64,000 bases of DNA, taken from positions 6,833 to 70,832 of the IMG/VR virus record IMGVR_UViG_3300005663_000044; one strand, 5' to 3'. Below, piece after piece: positions 52,926 through 63,133 of this stretch; the stretch's first letter is position 1; every line of letters starts with the position of its first letter. The stretch is from a virus. The notes under the pieces are model-generated. The model saw only the letters and a list, made by a program, of their open reading frames with translations, was not told the DNA's origin and did no database searches. A program made the translations under genes and the position numbers.

Positions 52926-55586
52926 TTATTCTGCACCTTCCTGGAGTGTCAAGTCCCCAAATGAGCGACCCATCTGCACATCAACAGGGATATCCCAGTC
53001 AAGTCGCTTGCCTGAGGGAAGGATCGTATCATGTGCCACCCGCACCCAGAGCTCTTTAACTGCGGCGCCGGCCTCTTCTAAGCGGTCGAGAGGCGCTTCC
53101 ATCAAGAGGGAGTCGTGCATCTCCAAGACTGGGAAGACAAAGGAGGACAACTCGCGCTCTGTAGCAATATGAGCTAGAGAATGGAGGTCATGAGCGCCCC
53201 CCTGTACAGGAAGGTTGTACCCCTGACGGATGGCGCTCTCTAAGTCCCCCTTATAGCGTAGAGCGGCTAGGGCAGGTATCTCTGCGAAGTGCCGGCCCCG
53301 GCCGAAGATATCACGGACGACCCCGTACTTAAACAGCTCTTCTCGTATGCGTATAAAGTAGGCGCCCATCGAAGGGAAGATATACTGCGTATAGTGCGAC
53401 AGTAGTGGGGCTGCTTCTTCCTTACTACAGCCAAGACGTTGCCCTGCCCCCTCTTCGGTCAACCCATAGTTCATCCCAAAGACGAAGACCTTACCCCTAC
53501 TACGGATAGAAGGATACTTCTCGTTCCAGTCAGCAAGTGACAGCTCTTCATCAACGCTATCCTTAGGAAAGCGGGAGGAGATACCTAACTTACAGAGCTC
53601 CCGGGCAACATAGGCGTGAATGTCCTGACCCGAGCGCAACAATCCGAGTAGTTGCTCGTCCCCCGTCTCATAAGCCATGACCCAGACCTCGGCCTGACTC
53701 CAGTCAGCGTTAAGCACACCATAACCAGGGGGGGCAATGAACATCGAGCGGATCGCATCCTCAGAGTGAATATTGTATTCATCCGAGTCAATCTTTACTT
53801 CCTTCGGCGGGTTCATTAGGTTGGGATTCTCACAGGAGAAACGGCCTGTGGAGGCCCGGGCTGCATTCCAGCGAGCATGGATACGCCCATCGGTACGGAT
53901 ATGCGAACGGAATCCACCACCGGCACCTCCTTCTAAGTAGGTACCATAAAACTTCTCGATGTGGCGGATGTCAATGAGAAGAGGGAGAACAGGATGGTCT
54001 ACTCGCTCATTCAATTCACTCAGCGCGTCGGCAGATGTCGACGCATGATTAGGGGAACAGGGTGTATCTCTCTTACAGTTTTTACATTCTTTCAAGGCCC
54101 CCTTTGTAACCCAGTTGGTCAATGGTAGATCGAGTTCTTTGAAGACCAGATTCTGCACGTTCTGGTAGTAGGTAGGACTCTCTATGCGGCGTCCCATTGT
54201 CTCATCTAGTGTCTCCTTCGACACTTGAAGACGATTTTTATAATATCGACAGAGGTTATCAAAGTATTCCTGGTCAATGTAGACGCCACGCTCTTCTAAC
54301 TTCGTAGCGCAGCGAATGAGGGGAATGCTAATGTTTTTGTATAGCCAATCCGAACCTTCCTCCTGTACCTTAGGGTAGAGGGTAGGAACTAGAGTCTTCA
54401 CAACGTCCACGTCGGCGCCGCCGTACTCCCATAATTTCTCGTCTTCGACTTCCCACATCCGGGACTTCATGTGAGCAAGTTCAGCCTCATAATATGGTAT
54501 ATCCGTCCAGTAAGCAGTCAGTACAGTCAGGTTGGCCGGGCTAACTTCCGATAGTAGGGACGAGAGCAAGCGCGTGTCGTGGGCGACATTGTTGACCTGG
54601 AAACCAAAAGCAGTCTGAGCTGTTACAGCCTCTTCATCCGGCCGGCGCTCCAACATCCTCAAATCAAATCCTATATTCTGCCCTGACTTTGGCTTGTCAG
54701 AACGGAGTATTTCATCAAGGATGCTGATAGCTTCGGGCATCTCGGTGTCTAAATCCCAGTAGGGGACTGGGTACCACTCCTGCTCAGGAACGTCCTTGCG
54801 GGTCTTCCCCCGTCCCTTCATCTTCGTAACAGTATGCTCGCCACGATGGAGGATAGGTACACTAAAGCCAGTTCCTTCTTCACCTGAGAAGCTGACACAA
54901 AGTAGTTCGTCGTCAAGCCAGGAGAGACCACAAGTTTCCGTGTCGACCGAAATTTCATCTACAGTCGGGCCCAGCAGATAGTCTCGGAGTGCCCGAAGAT
55001 CGGCCAAAGTCGTAATCCCTACATAGGAACCTAGCTTCTCCTCAATGCCCCCAGCGTCAGCTATTCGTTTAGCCTTGCGGAAGTGTGCGAGGACAAGAGC
55101 CACTTCATCCCAGTGCTTTCTCATTATGTAGCTAGGGTGGTAGGTAGGGATAATAGGTATGCCTGGGAGTTCTTCATTGTAGAGCGTGAACCCCATGACA
55201 GAGCCCACCGTCACCCCACGACGATAGAGCGAGCGGATAGCAGCGCCCCCCAGTGCGACAATTACTGTTGGATTCAGCTCCTTCAACTCTTCGATGAGGT
55301 AGTCATGACAATTGTCTACCTCAGCCCCAGTAGGGTTACGTCCCCCAAAACAACGGGTGGCATTAGTATGAAAGACTTTGTACTGGTCGATCCCTGCCAA
55401 CCATTCAATCACCTTTAGTACCCGGCCGGCTTTCCCTACGAAGGGGCGCCGCTTTTTGTCCTCCCACTGGCCTGGCCCCTCGCCCACGAAAGCGATTTTC
55501 GCGTTGTTAATGCCAGCACCGTTGACGACGCAGTTGCGCCCTTTTACCAGGGCGGGGCAGCGAGTACAGTCTTTGTTAGATAGCAA
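52926..55586 (-). CDS. polA: family A DNA polymerase with N-terminal family-4 uracil-DNA glycosylase domain
   Basis: UDG: CTRC, VGEGPG, PFVGKAG, YHPS. Exo: DTET, GQNIGFD, YGGADVD. Pol: TGRFS, DWSQAE, RxxxKVFVFGMNYG, MHDS. Confidence 0.95.
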   Translation of the reverse strand: MLSNKDCTRCPALVKGRNCVVNGAGINNAKIAFVGEGPGQWEDKKRRPFVGKAGRVLKVIEWLAGIDQYKVFHTNATRCFGGRNPTGAEVDNCHDYLIEELKELNPTVIVALGGAAIRSLYRRGVTVGSVMGFTLYNEELPGIPIIPTYHPSYIMRKHWDEVALVLAHFRKAKRIADAGGIEEKLGSYVGITTLADLRALRDYLLGPTVDEISVDTETCGLSWLDDELLCVSFSGEEGTGFSVPILHRGEHTVTKMKGRGKTRKDVPEQEWYPVPYWDLDTEMPEAISILDEILRSDKPKSGQNIGFDLRMLERRPDEEAVTAQTAFGFQVNNVAHDTRLLSSLLSEVSPANLTVLTAYWTDIPYYEAELAHMKSRMWEVEDEKLWEYGGADVDVVKTLVPTLYPKVQEEGSDWLYKNISIPLIRCATKLEERGVYIDQEYFDNLCRYYKNRLQVSKETLDETMGRRIESPTYYQNVQNLVFKELDLPLTNWVTKGALKECKNCKRDTPCSPNHASTSADALSELNERVDHPVLPLLIDIRHIEKFYGTYLEGGAGGGFRSHIRTDGRIHARWNAARASTGRFSCENPNLMNPPKEVKIDSDEYNIHSEDAIRSMFIAPPGYGVLNADWSQAEVWVMAYETGDEQLLGLLRSGQDIHAYVARELCKLGISSRFPKDSVDEELSLADWNEKYPSIRSRGKVFVFGMNYGLTEEGAGQRLGCSKEEAAPLLSHYTQYIFPSMGAYFIRIREELFKYGVVRDIFGRGRHFAEIPALAALRYKGDLESAIRQGYNLPVQGGAHDLHSLAHIATERELSSFVFPVLEMHDSLLMEAPLDRLEEAGAAVKELWVRVAHDTILPSGKRLDWDIPVDVQMGRSFGDLTLQEGAE

Positions 55587-55790
55587 TTACCACCTCATAC
55601 TGCCATCAAGGAATTCACGGGGCCAGAGGCAGGTGGATGCAAGGGCGCCAGCCTTAAACTCCGAACGAGTGAACTTCCGTTCATATAGGTGACGGTCTTT
55701 ACGGTCAAAACCATCTGGGTCTAATATCTTAATACCGATTAGCTGCTCCCATTCTTCAATAGATCGTTTTCGTCTAAAAGGATTCTGCAT
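55587..55790 (-). CDS. conserved small phage protein
   Basis: 'ILDPDGFDRKD...FTRSEF...ST' motif. Confidence 0.65.
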   Translation of the reverse strand: MQNPFRRKRSIEEWEQLIGIKILDPDGFDRKDRHLYERKFTRSEFKAGALASTCLWPREFLDGSMRW

Positions 55791-56263
55791 CAGTCTTCTC
55801 CTCTCCTCCGCCGGCCGAGCCCGAACTCGGCAATACAGGCGGCGTCGTATACGTCCTGGGGTTGACCGGGCTCTAGCTCCAGTACCTGTTGGGCATAGGC
55901 TGTGATCTCCTCCTTAGAGGCGTGACCATTACCCAAAATCGCCTTCTTCCAGGTACCATTATTCACGAGTGAGTGAGGCATGTCATGATACCAGAGCCAG
56001 TACCGAATCATCCCAATGACCTGGGCCTGATAGCTGAGAGCCTTTGCATTCACCCCCATGACAGGGGACTCTATGTATACCCAATCAAGATGTTCCCGGG
56101 GTGAACACTGAAACAGTTCCTTGTAGAGGCCCTCAATTCGGTCTTCTGCCAGGCGCCCCTTAGCTTCTAAACGAGTAATGATCGGGCTAATAGATTTGCT
56201 GTCACCGTCAAGGATGACACTCGTGATTGCCTTTGTGTCTGGGTCAATTCCCATTACTCTCAT
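55790..56263 (-). CDS. ruvC: RuvC-like Holliday junction resolvase
   Basis: MGIDP, VYIE, WKKAILGNGHASKEE and DVYDA. Confidence 0.88.
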   Translation of the reverse strand: MRVMGIDPDTKAITSVILDGDSKSISPIITRLEAKGRLAEDRIEGLYKELFQCSPREHLDWVYIESPVMGVNAKALSYQAQVIGMIRYWLWYHDMPHSLVNNGTWKKAILGNGHASKEEITAYAQQVLELEPGQPQDVYDAACIAEFGLGRRRRGED

Positions 56264-56913
56264 GCTCGTTCCTCCTGACTTGACTTCAGTCGCTCCACTA
56301 CACCGCCCGGTCGGACGAGGTAGGCTACATCTGCGGCGTCCAACAATTCGTCTTCATGCGATGAGAACAGTAGTTGGAAGTCGAGACGTTGTGTAATCTC
56401 CTGTACCATCGAGCAGAGGGCCGGCCGTTGTTCCGCGGCGACCATACTAAAAGGCTCGTCCAGGGCCTCAAGGCGCCTCAGGGCAGGATGGTGCGAAGTA
56501 GTCATTAGGTGACGCAAGAGATACGAGAGCACCTGTACCACAGAGCCACCCGAACCTCCTTTGATACGAACACGCTCTCCATTCTTGACCAGTATGATGT
56601 CTAGATTGGAGACTCCCCGACGCATGGTAGATTCTAGCAGGAGCTCGTACTCATCTTCGATGAACACAGCATTCAAACCCTGACTACCTATAGCCGCTAA
56701 AGCCGTTTCATAACGGCCGCGCCAGGTCTCTTCCAGTAACTGGAGCACCTGCTGGGCCTGTGTCAACAGGTCTACCTGTGCTTGTGCTGTACCCTGTTGC
56801 TCTAGTAGCTTGGTCTGCTGGGTCTGTAGGAGCTCTGCCTGTCCGCGCCATTCGGCGCAGCGTTGCTTCATTTGATTCACAGACTGTTGAAGGGATTGTG
56901 CTGTCAATTGCAT
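56260..56913 (-). CDS. SbcC/Rad50 C-terminal ATPase half
   Basis: Coiled coil, signature-like GSGGS, Walker B/D-loop LDEPFS and H-loop SSH. Confidence 0.8.
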   Translation of the reverse strand: MQLTAQSLQQSVNQMKQRCAEWRGQAELLQTQQTKLLEQQGTAQAQVDLLTQAQQVLQLLEETWRGRYETALAAIGSQGLNAVFIEDEYELLLESTMRRGVSNLDIILVKNGERVRIKGGSGGSVVQVLSYLLRHLMTTSHHPALRRLEALDEPFSMVAAEQRPALCSMVQEITQRLDFQLLFSSHEDELLDAADVAYLVRPGGVVERLKSSQEERA

Positions 56914-57090
56914 AGCTCATGAATCCTAACGCGCCGGCAGCGTGGGGTCTTACAGAGTGTCGAGGGTTGCATACGAAGTATCCACACCCACCGCCTCTTG
57001 ACGATGAGGAAATGTAGGTGATGATCGCCAGACAGGTCAGGCTCCCTCGCTCCCTGATATTCTCCGATGAATGTAGTAGCAGCACCCAAT

Positions 57091-57339
57091 TCAGTCTCTT
57101 CCATCGACGGTCTCCTGTAGGGTGCCAACACTCTCCATCACGCCAGCCAGAGCTTCCTCAACATCCTTCATGATACGGGTAGCTTCGGCCTGTAACTGGT
57201 CGGGTTTGATACCCAACTCGTTGGCCTCTGCCTCCAACTTGGCTAGCTCCCCCTGGGCACTCTTCTGCTGACCCTCAATCCGGGCCAGGTCAGTGCGAGA
57301 GGATTCGATGTCTTTCCTCAGTTGTTCAATTGTGTTCAT
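57091..57339 (-). CDS. coiled-coil protein (possible SbcC middle piece)
   Basis: Pure heptad coil located between the SbcC halves. Confidence 0.55.
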   Translation of the reverse strand: MNTIEQLRKDIESSRTDLARIEGQQKSAQGELAKLEAEANELGIKPDQLQAEATRIMKDVEEALAGVMESVGTLQETVDGRD

Positions 57340-57581
57340 GTCGTAGCCTCCTCTAATTGTCGAACCATCTTCGCGATAATAGGCAGGGTGTCGTGGGTAC
57401 TAAAAAGTAATTCAACAGGACGCCCTTCAGGGTCTACTCCTTTGAATTTAATCCAACCGTATTCACCATTAGAACACATGGAAACGGTCAGTCCTTCTTG
57501 TAAAGCCATTGTTTGTTTCTTGAGTATTTTCATGTTATTACCTCTCCTCGCATTTGTGCTTCTTACGGGGGCGACAATCAA
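57336..57581 (-). CDS. hypothetical protein
   Basis: The likely start is MKILKK after GAGAGGT. Confidence 0.5.
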   Translation of the reverse strand: MIVAPVRSTNARRGNNMKILKKQTMALQEGLTVSMCSNGEYGWIKFKGVDPEGRPVELLFSTHDTLPIIAKMVRQLEEATT

Positions 57582-57662
57582 AGCAAAGGTCTTTCACACA
57601 GTAATCACAAGGGTAGAGAGGCCCCACATCTTCTTTTGCTTCACCACATTCTTCGCACCAAG

Positions 57663-57926
57663 TCATACTGTAGCCTCCTCTGACGGAGGCATCCAGATGA
57701 GCACTCCGTTAATGTCGTAAATAGGGGCATTATGGGAACGTAGAACCGATCCGATAAGCTGCATTAGATGGACTGCACTGTCCAAGGGTAGGTCAAGCAC
57801 CCAAAGCCCATTGGCTGTTTCTCTCGTCTTCTTCGGCGTCACGGTTAATTCGACCTGGTGGTTGTTTATCCAGTCGTCATTGCGGTCGACGGATAAACCC
57901 ACCCCAAGTATTGCTCCTCCCGCCAT
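57663..57926 (-). CDS. hypothetical protein
   Basis: AAGGAG RBS. Confidence 0.55.
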   Translation of the reverse strand: MAGGAILGVGLSVDRNDDWINNHQVELTVTPKKTRETANGLWVLDLPLDSAVHLMQLIGSVLRSHNAPIYDINGVLIWMPPSEEATV

Positions 57927-57927
57927 T

Positions 57928-58935
57928 TTAGCTTACTCCTTCTAGTAGACGCTGGACTTCTGCCTTTACTTCTAGTAGAACATCATCAAGTTCAGCCAGG
58001 AGCTCGGGTATGGATAGTTCGTCAGCTCTTAATCCCTCTCCTAGCATGTCAACAAACTTGGTAATTTCGTCAGTCGGACGTGCCGGGTCATCAATTGCTT
58101 CTCGGTTACCAAATACCTCCAGAGCCGGCGCCACACCCGGAAGGGGCACCTCGTCTACTGTCAGTCCCTTCGAGTCGACGTTTACTATCAGTACCTCGAC
58201 CCGTCGAGCATAGCTTGCCATGTCCCTGCGGGTACGCGCGATGCTACCAGGGTTGGCGAAGAGGGTCTTACCCACAGGCACCACACCGAGACACTCGTGC
58301 AAATGACCCGATACAAACAGGTCATACTTGTCAATGCCCGATATCTGGTCGACGTTGACGTAGGGGTACTGCCGACTGTCTCCCGGAGCTAGTAGAGAGC
58401 CATGAGCGAGGCCAATAACAGGAGCCGGTTGCTGACTGATATCACTATGTTCCTGCGCTCCTAAAGAGTAATAGTTTGGGTCGGTCTGTCCATCGTAGAC
58501 CCCCTCTGCCTGGGCACTGTACGGACGAGGAACAAGCCAGAATTTGGGATTGCCTTTCTGTAGCCCAAATCCTTTCATCCCCAACATAACCTCAATTGCG
58601 CCAGCCTTCTCAAGAACTCCCAGAGGTTGACGGGACAGACTCTCAATACCATCAGGCCCGAGGTCATGGTTGCCAGGGACAACGTAGACCGGACAGGGAA
58701 ACTGTTTGAACACCCGGATAAGCCGCTGTATAAGGTTGTGGCTCACCCGGTTCGGCTGCTTGATATGAAATATATCACCGGTAAAGAAGGCGTGCTCAAC
58801 CTTGTGCTCTCGGCACAGATCAGCGATAGCTCCCAACTTCTTGAGAATGGATTGCATGTAATCATCCACCCGTCCAGAAGGAGCCTTATCTGCAATGTGT
58901 AGGTCGCCGGCGAAGAGAAGGTTCATCCTAAACAC
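57928..58935 (-). CDS. sbcD: SbcD/Mre11 nuclease
   Basis: GDLH, TGDIF, PGNHD, AHG, SGHLH and NPGS. Confidence 0.9.
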   Translation of the reverse strand: MFRMNLLFAGDLHIADKAPSGRVDDYMQSILKKLGAIADLCREHKVEHAFFTGDIFHIKQPNRVSHNLIQRLIRVFKQFPCPVYVVPGNHDLGPDGIESLSRQPLGVLEKAGAIEVMLGMKGFGLQKGNPKFWLVPRPYSAQAEGVYDGQTDPNYYSLGAQEHSDISQQPAPVIGLAHGSLLAPGDSRQYPYVNVDQISGIDKYDLFVSGHLHECLGVVPVGKTLFANPGSIARTRRDMASYARRVEVLIVNVDSKGLTVDEVPLPGVAPALEVFGNREAIDDPARPTDEITKFVDMLGEGLRADELSIPELLAELDDVLLEVKAEVQRLLEGVS

Positions 58936-59059
58936 CTCTTGCGTACGGAGGGATTCCCCAATCGCGTGAGATGGCGTTCTCGATGCTTGTGACAGACAGG
59001 ACGACCGCAGGCTCGGCAGGTGGTTTGCGTATTAGTAGGACAGTGATATAGAAAACACT

Positions 59060-59278
59060 TCATGACAGTGATATCTCCTCCCCTTCCAGGTACAAACGAA
59101 TCTTACCTGTCTTTGTAACATATACTGTCAGGTCTCTCTTTGGAGTTAGAACCTGAAGCACGACCCAACCCTTCTTCTCGTCACTAGCAAGGCGGTGGAC
59201 ACAGGCTGCTCCATACTCAAATCCATATGTAATTTCTTTGTAGTGCATAATTACCCCAACAATCGAGTCAGTAACCAA
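59060..59278 (-). CDS. conserved small phage protein
   Basis: 'TYGFEYGAA...SDEKKGWVVL...YVTKTGKIR'; the likely start is MHYKE. Confidence 0.65.
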   Translation of the reverse strand: MVTDSIVGVIMHYKEITYGFEYGAACVHRLASDEKKGWVVLQVLTPKRDLTVYVTKTGKIRLYLEGEEISLS

Positions 59279-59389
59279 AAACTTAGACCGGCAAAGGTAC
59301 CAGAAATGAAGCCAGCCAGGATACGTTCAGTGATATCCTTCCAATTCAGGGCGCCGCGCCAATGGGAAGGCCCAATGTACCGCTCGTTC

Positions 59390-60361
59390 TCATCCACGCC
59401 CTTCACACTCCTCATGGGTGAGTAGACCACCACACACAAGGCAGGCCCCAGCCTCGGTACAGGCATCCTTGTATTGTTCCTGGAAGCTCTCATAAGACAC
59501 ACGATGGTCATCAGCCCGCTTCCCGAGCTCGGTGATAGACCGCTGCAGCTCTGGTATTCGAGACGAGAGGGCCTTTATCTGTTCAGCCGTCTCTAAAGCA
59601 CCTGAGGCGCCCCATAAGCGTTCTTGGAGGGGGGTAATGTCAACAGCCGTGGCTCGGGAGCGCACTTCCGCTATCTGAGCAGCCAACTCCTGAGCCCGCT
59701 CTGCCTTCTTGATGCTATCAGTAATTGTAGTGAGGTCATCCTCTACATTCACCAACTCGTGGTCAATAGATTGGTAGTCAGGTAAGGCATCAAGCCTTGC
59801 TTCAACATCGACCCGGGTTGTTGTGGCTTCCTCTGCCTCCCGCCGGCCGCGGTCAATCTCCTTCTTACACTGCATTTGAGCGGAGACAACTGTATCCAAT
59901 CTAGTTGCCTTGCCTAGGATACGAGCCCGCTTACTGCCAGTCTCCCATAGTACAAAAGGCGAGTCGTGTTGGTCACTCAGTTGGGGGGTCAGCTCGCTAG
60001 TGGAGTCAATCTCTATCTGTCCAATCCCTAAGTAGTCAGCGATAGCTTCAGGTACGGCGCCACCTGTCTTACTGTAGTCTTGTCCAAAGGCTCGGTACTC
60101 ACCTCCTTTACTTTTCGTTTTGCTCCATTCAATGACTGTCCCGTCCTCAAAGGTGAGTGTTACTTGAGTCCTCTTCTCGCCATGTCGTATGTCTTCATCG
60201 TTACCATCATTTAGACAGGCGGCACGGAAAGCACGAAGGATAGCACTCTTTCCGGCATCGCCCGGCCCAACCAAAACGACAAGCCTTCCCATTTCAATAG
60301 TAGCGTCCTTGATGGACTGAAACGACTGGATATGGATTGTCTTCAGGGGAGAATAAGTCAT
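59390..60361 (-). CDS. sbcC: SbcC/Rad50 N-terminal ATPase half ending at the zinc hook
   Basis: FQSI, Walker A GPGDAGKS, Q-loop (DQHD), coiled coil and terminal CLVCG. Confidence 0.85.
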   Translation of the reverse strand: MTYSPLKTIHIQSFQSIKDATIEMGRLVVLVGPGDAGKSAILRAFRAACLNDGNDEDIRHGEKRTQVTLTFEDGTVIEWSKTKSKGGEYRAFGQDYSKTGGAVPEAIADYLGIGQIEIDSTSELTPQLSDQHDSPFVLWETGSKRARILGKATRLDTVVSAQMQCKKEIDRGRREAEEATTTRVDVEARLDALPDYQSIDHELVNVEDDLTTITDSIKKAERAQELAAQIAEVRSRATAVDITPLQERLWGASGALETAEQIKALSSRIPELQRSITELGKRADDHRVSYESFQEQYKDACTEAGACLVCGGLLTHEECEGRG

Positions 60362-60496
60362 AAGACCTCTCTTTGAATCTGCCGCCAGTTCAATATATAA
60401 TCCCGATCAACCTGACGTTTGTGATGATGTTCGCAGAGGTCAATTGAACCACGCTCCAGACTCATATAAGTTACAAAGTATGGGCGTAGACAGATT

Positions 60497-60745
60497 TCAT
60501 GGAACCTCCAGGCCCGCAACTTCGGCTTGAGCAAGGAGGGCCAAGTCTAAGTCTCGGTCTTCGATGACAACCGGGTACTCATACGGTTGCTCAATTTCTT
60601 GCAGAGCCTTAAGAATGCAGGCCCGGCACATCTGTACATATACAACCTCCAGGAATCTTGTCTTCAGGCGAAGAGTAGGGAATGTACCTGTACAGAATGA
60701 ACAACTCTCAATTCCTATTTTATCCGTCCTCATGATGTCCTCCAT
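60497..60745 (-). CDS. small Zn-finger protein
   Basis: CSFC and CRAC. Confidence 0.5.
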   Translation of the reverse strand: MEDIMRTDKIGIESCSFCTGTFPTLRLKTRFLEVVYVQMCRACILKALQEIEQPYEYPVVIEDRDLDLALLAQAEVAGLEVP

Positions 60746-61757
60746 TTAGGATGTCCCGTAGTGTGTCAAGTAATTCAGGATACTCGGTTATCTTCTGTTC
60801 AAAGTCCGAGCGGCGAAACGGTTTGTACTCTTTGAACTTATACCAGCCGCCTTTGTAGCCAACGGCCTTCTTCTCCTGTAATACATCCAAGGCCGAACTG
60901 AAAAAGTCGGGGCCGGTTGCATCATAGAAGTCGAAGGTGCGACGGAAGTCTTTCCGTCGACACTCTTTACACGTAGGTTCGGTGCAACCAGCAATCCGCG
61001 TATCAATAAGGGTAGCCATAATGTGATGACCAATGGGGCTAGCGGCATCCTCACCAAACTGTTTCTGTTCCTCTAGGAGGATGGTCGTCATTGCAGCGTG
61101 ACCGATGGCATCTTCGCCTAACCAATGTGTGCCCGGCTTACCCCAGGCTCCCAGATTGATACGCTGACGTGGCTGTGACGTGATGACCAACGCAATCCGC
61201 TGGCGGTTTACTAGGTTACTCAGCACCCGGAGCTCACGGCGGATGAGAATTGACTGGGCACCCAAAGCCATCTTCTCTGCTTTTGTCTCCTTCTCCATTG
61301 GGGCGCCGGCAACAGAGTCGATAGCAATAACGATATGATCGTCCGCATCTAACACTTCTCGGGCTGCATTGATAACCTCTTTCACCCCAGCAAAGGTATC
61401 TTCCAGAGTATCGGGTTGGGCGACAATGAGATTATCAAGGTCAACACCTAACTTCTGAGCTCGGTCGAAATTGAGTCGCCCCTCGGTATCGAAGATGACG
61501 GCCTGACCTCCTGATGCCTGCGCTTCCGCTAGGATATTGAGGATGAGGGTGCTTTTCCCACTACCATATGCACCCACAAATAAGGAGATGCCACCCAGTG
61601 GAACCCCCGGCCGGCCAATGAGATAGTCAATAGTGGGACAGCGGGTACTGATATAGCCAGTAGGCTCACCGATAATTGCACCCTCCCGTCCCACCTGTAC
61701 GGGAAGGTCAGAGTCTGCTTGCTGCAGCCTTTTGATGACCTCTTTCGGATCGGCCAT
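60720..61757 (-). CDS. recA: RecA/UvsX-like recombinase
   Basis: Walker A GAYGSGKST, FDTE, AQKLGVDLDNL, IDSVA and GGWY. Confidence 0.92.
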   Translation of the reverse strand: MADPKEVIKRLQQADSDLPVQVGREGAIIGEPTGYISTRCPTIDYLIGRPGVPLGGISLFVGAYGSGKSTLILNILAEAQASGGQAVIFDTEGRLNFDRAQKLGVDLDNLIVAQPDTLEDTFAGVKEVINAAREVLDADDHIVIAIDSVAGAPMEKETKAEKMALGAQSILIRRELRVLSNLVNRQRIALVITSQPRQRINLGAWGKPGTHWLGEDAIGHAAMTTILLEEQKQFGEDAASPIGHHIMATLIDTRIAGCTEPTCKECRRKDFRRTFDFYDATGPDFFSSALDVLQEKKAVGYKGGWYKFKEYKPFRRSDFEQKITEYPELLDTLRDILNGGHHEDG

Positions 61758-61769
61758 GTAAACCTACTC

Positions 61770-62762
61770 CTACTGACTGCGTAGCCGCTTAATCGCCTCG
61801 GCAGGGTCTGTCTTAGGAGGAGCCTTAGCAGCCCGGGGATTCTCCTCCTCTTTCTCCTCTGAAGGAGTGGACTCCTCTTCTGATGCCGCTGCTGGTTCCT
61901 CTGCTACCGCTTCCTCTTCTTCGTCACCACCAAATCTACTCTTTGAAGGGGCTGCGGAAGGCGCCGCGGCTGCTTCCTCCGGTGCTACGAATGCCGACGG
62001 TGCGGTCGTTCCGGCTGGTAACATCAAGGCTCCAGGTGCCCTACCTTCAATAATGGACAGCATCTCCTTTGGCTCTGAGATGGCGACCACCTCAGGCAAG
62101 TTGATAAGTCCCTCTTCAAGTAGCTCCCCAGTGCCCGGGAATGGACTTGGGGGCGCCGCAGAGAATTTCATGACGATTACATCATAGTCGCCCTGCTTAT
62201 CCTGTTTTGCCTTAATAGATAGGTCACGACCAGTCTCAACATGGGATAGGTCACCATACTTCTCAAAGAAGTAGAACAGAGGCAGCTCAGATTCTTCCTC
62301 CAGGTCGTACTCAGTAGCCCTCTTTCCCAGGAACTGGAGCTGGTTCAAGCCCATTAGGTAGACCTTCTCATCGGCCAGGGTACCATCCTGGTTTATTTTC
62401 ACCACGTTCAGGAATGTACGAATGGCCGGCCGCAGTCCGCGGGCGCCCTGCTCATCGCCACCATTCTGGAGCTCCCAGCGTAGCTGACATGCAGGACATT
62501 CCCCTAGACCGGTCTCTTTGAGACAGACCACCATACGGCTATTCGGGCCGAGATAGTGGACAGGCACAATCTGATAAGGGTTTTCCCACTCGGGACGTTT
62601 GGGACAGATGCGCCGGTAGTTTGTGACATATTTCTTTGGACTGCTCTCTAACTTATCCCAAGGCTTGCCCTCGGTCTGGAGCTCCTCAATGAGAGCTTTT
62701 GTCGCATCAGTATTGATGTCTGATGCCCAACCACTTAGGTCACTCGCTGTTTTCTTCGCCAT
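61770..62762 (-). CDS. single-stranded DNA-binding protein (gp32-like)
   Basis: 'VHY...VCLK...CPAC', 'GDLSHVETGRDL' and an acidic tail. Confidence 0.75.
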   Translation of the reverse strand: MAKKTASDLSGWASDINTDATKALIEELQTEGKPWDKLESSPKKYVTNYRRICPKRPEWENPYQIVPVHYLGPNSRMVVCLKETGLGECPACQLRWELQNGGDEQGARGLRPAIRTFLNVVKINQDGTLADEKVYLMGLNQLQFLGKRATEYDLEEESELPLFYFFEKYGDLSHVETGRDLSIKAKQDKQGDYDVIVMKFSAAPPSPFPGTGELLEEGLINLPEVVAISEPKEMLSIIEGRAPGALMLPAGTTAPSAFVAPEEAAAAPSAAPSKSRFGGDEEEEAVAEEPAAASEEESTPSEEKEEENPRAAKAPPKTDPAEAIKRLRSQ

Positions 62763-63132
62763 TTTCTACCTCCTCTTCGATAGGTTTGGTGATCTCTCGA
62801 ACACCACCCGGGCCGTGAACGGTCACGCGCACATTGTCCTTGGTTGCCCCGACTTGCTCAATAGCAACACGCATGGCTGCTTCCAGACCTAGTATATCAA
62901 TCATGTCTTTCTCCTCCTCTTCAAATGCTTGTTTGACCGCATTGGTAAGTTCTTCCCAACCGTCTCGGGTAAACGGGATTAACCCAGGAACCGGTATATT
63001 CAGTGTGAGGCTATCCCGAGCAGAGTTAATTTCAATACGGGCAACACTAAAGAAATGCCCCTTCTTTCCGTTGTCGTCTTCACCGTGTTCATTGTAGAGA
63101 AATTCAATTGGGAGAGGGTTCGATGTGTACAT
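62740..63132 (-). CDS. hypothetical protein
   Basis: Packed ORF. Confidence 0.5.
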   Translation of the reverse strand: MYTSNPLPIEFLYNEHGEDDNGKKGHFFSVARIEINSARDSLTLNIPVPGLIPFTRDGWEELTNAVKQAFEEEEKDMIDILGLEAAMRVAIEQVGATKDNVRVTVHGPGGVREITKPIEEEVENGEENSE

Positions 63133-63133
63133 T

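Noticed and set aside
362-63097. Many opposite-strand ORFs in the ORF track (for example 2183-2611, 20385-20939, 34242-34895)
   Set aside because: Shadow ORFs antisense to better-supported genes, without RBS or motifs.
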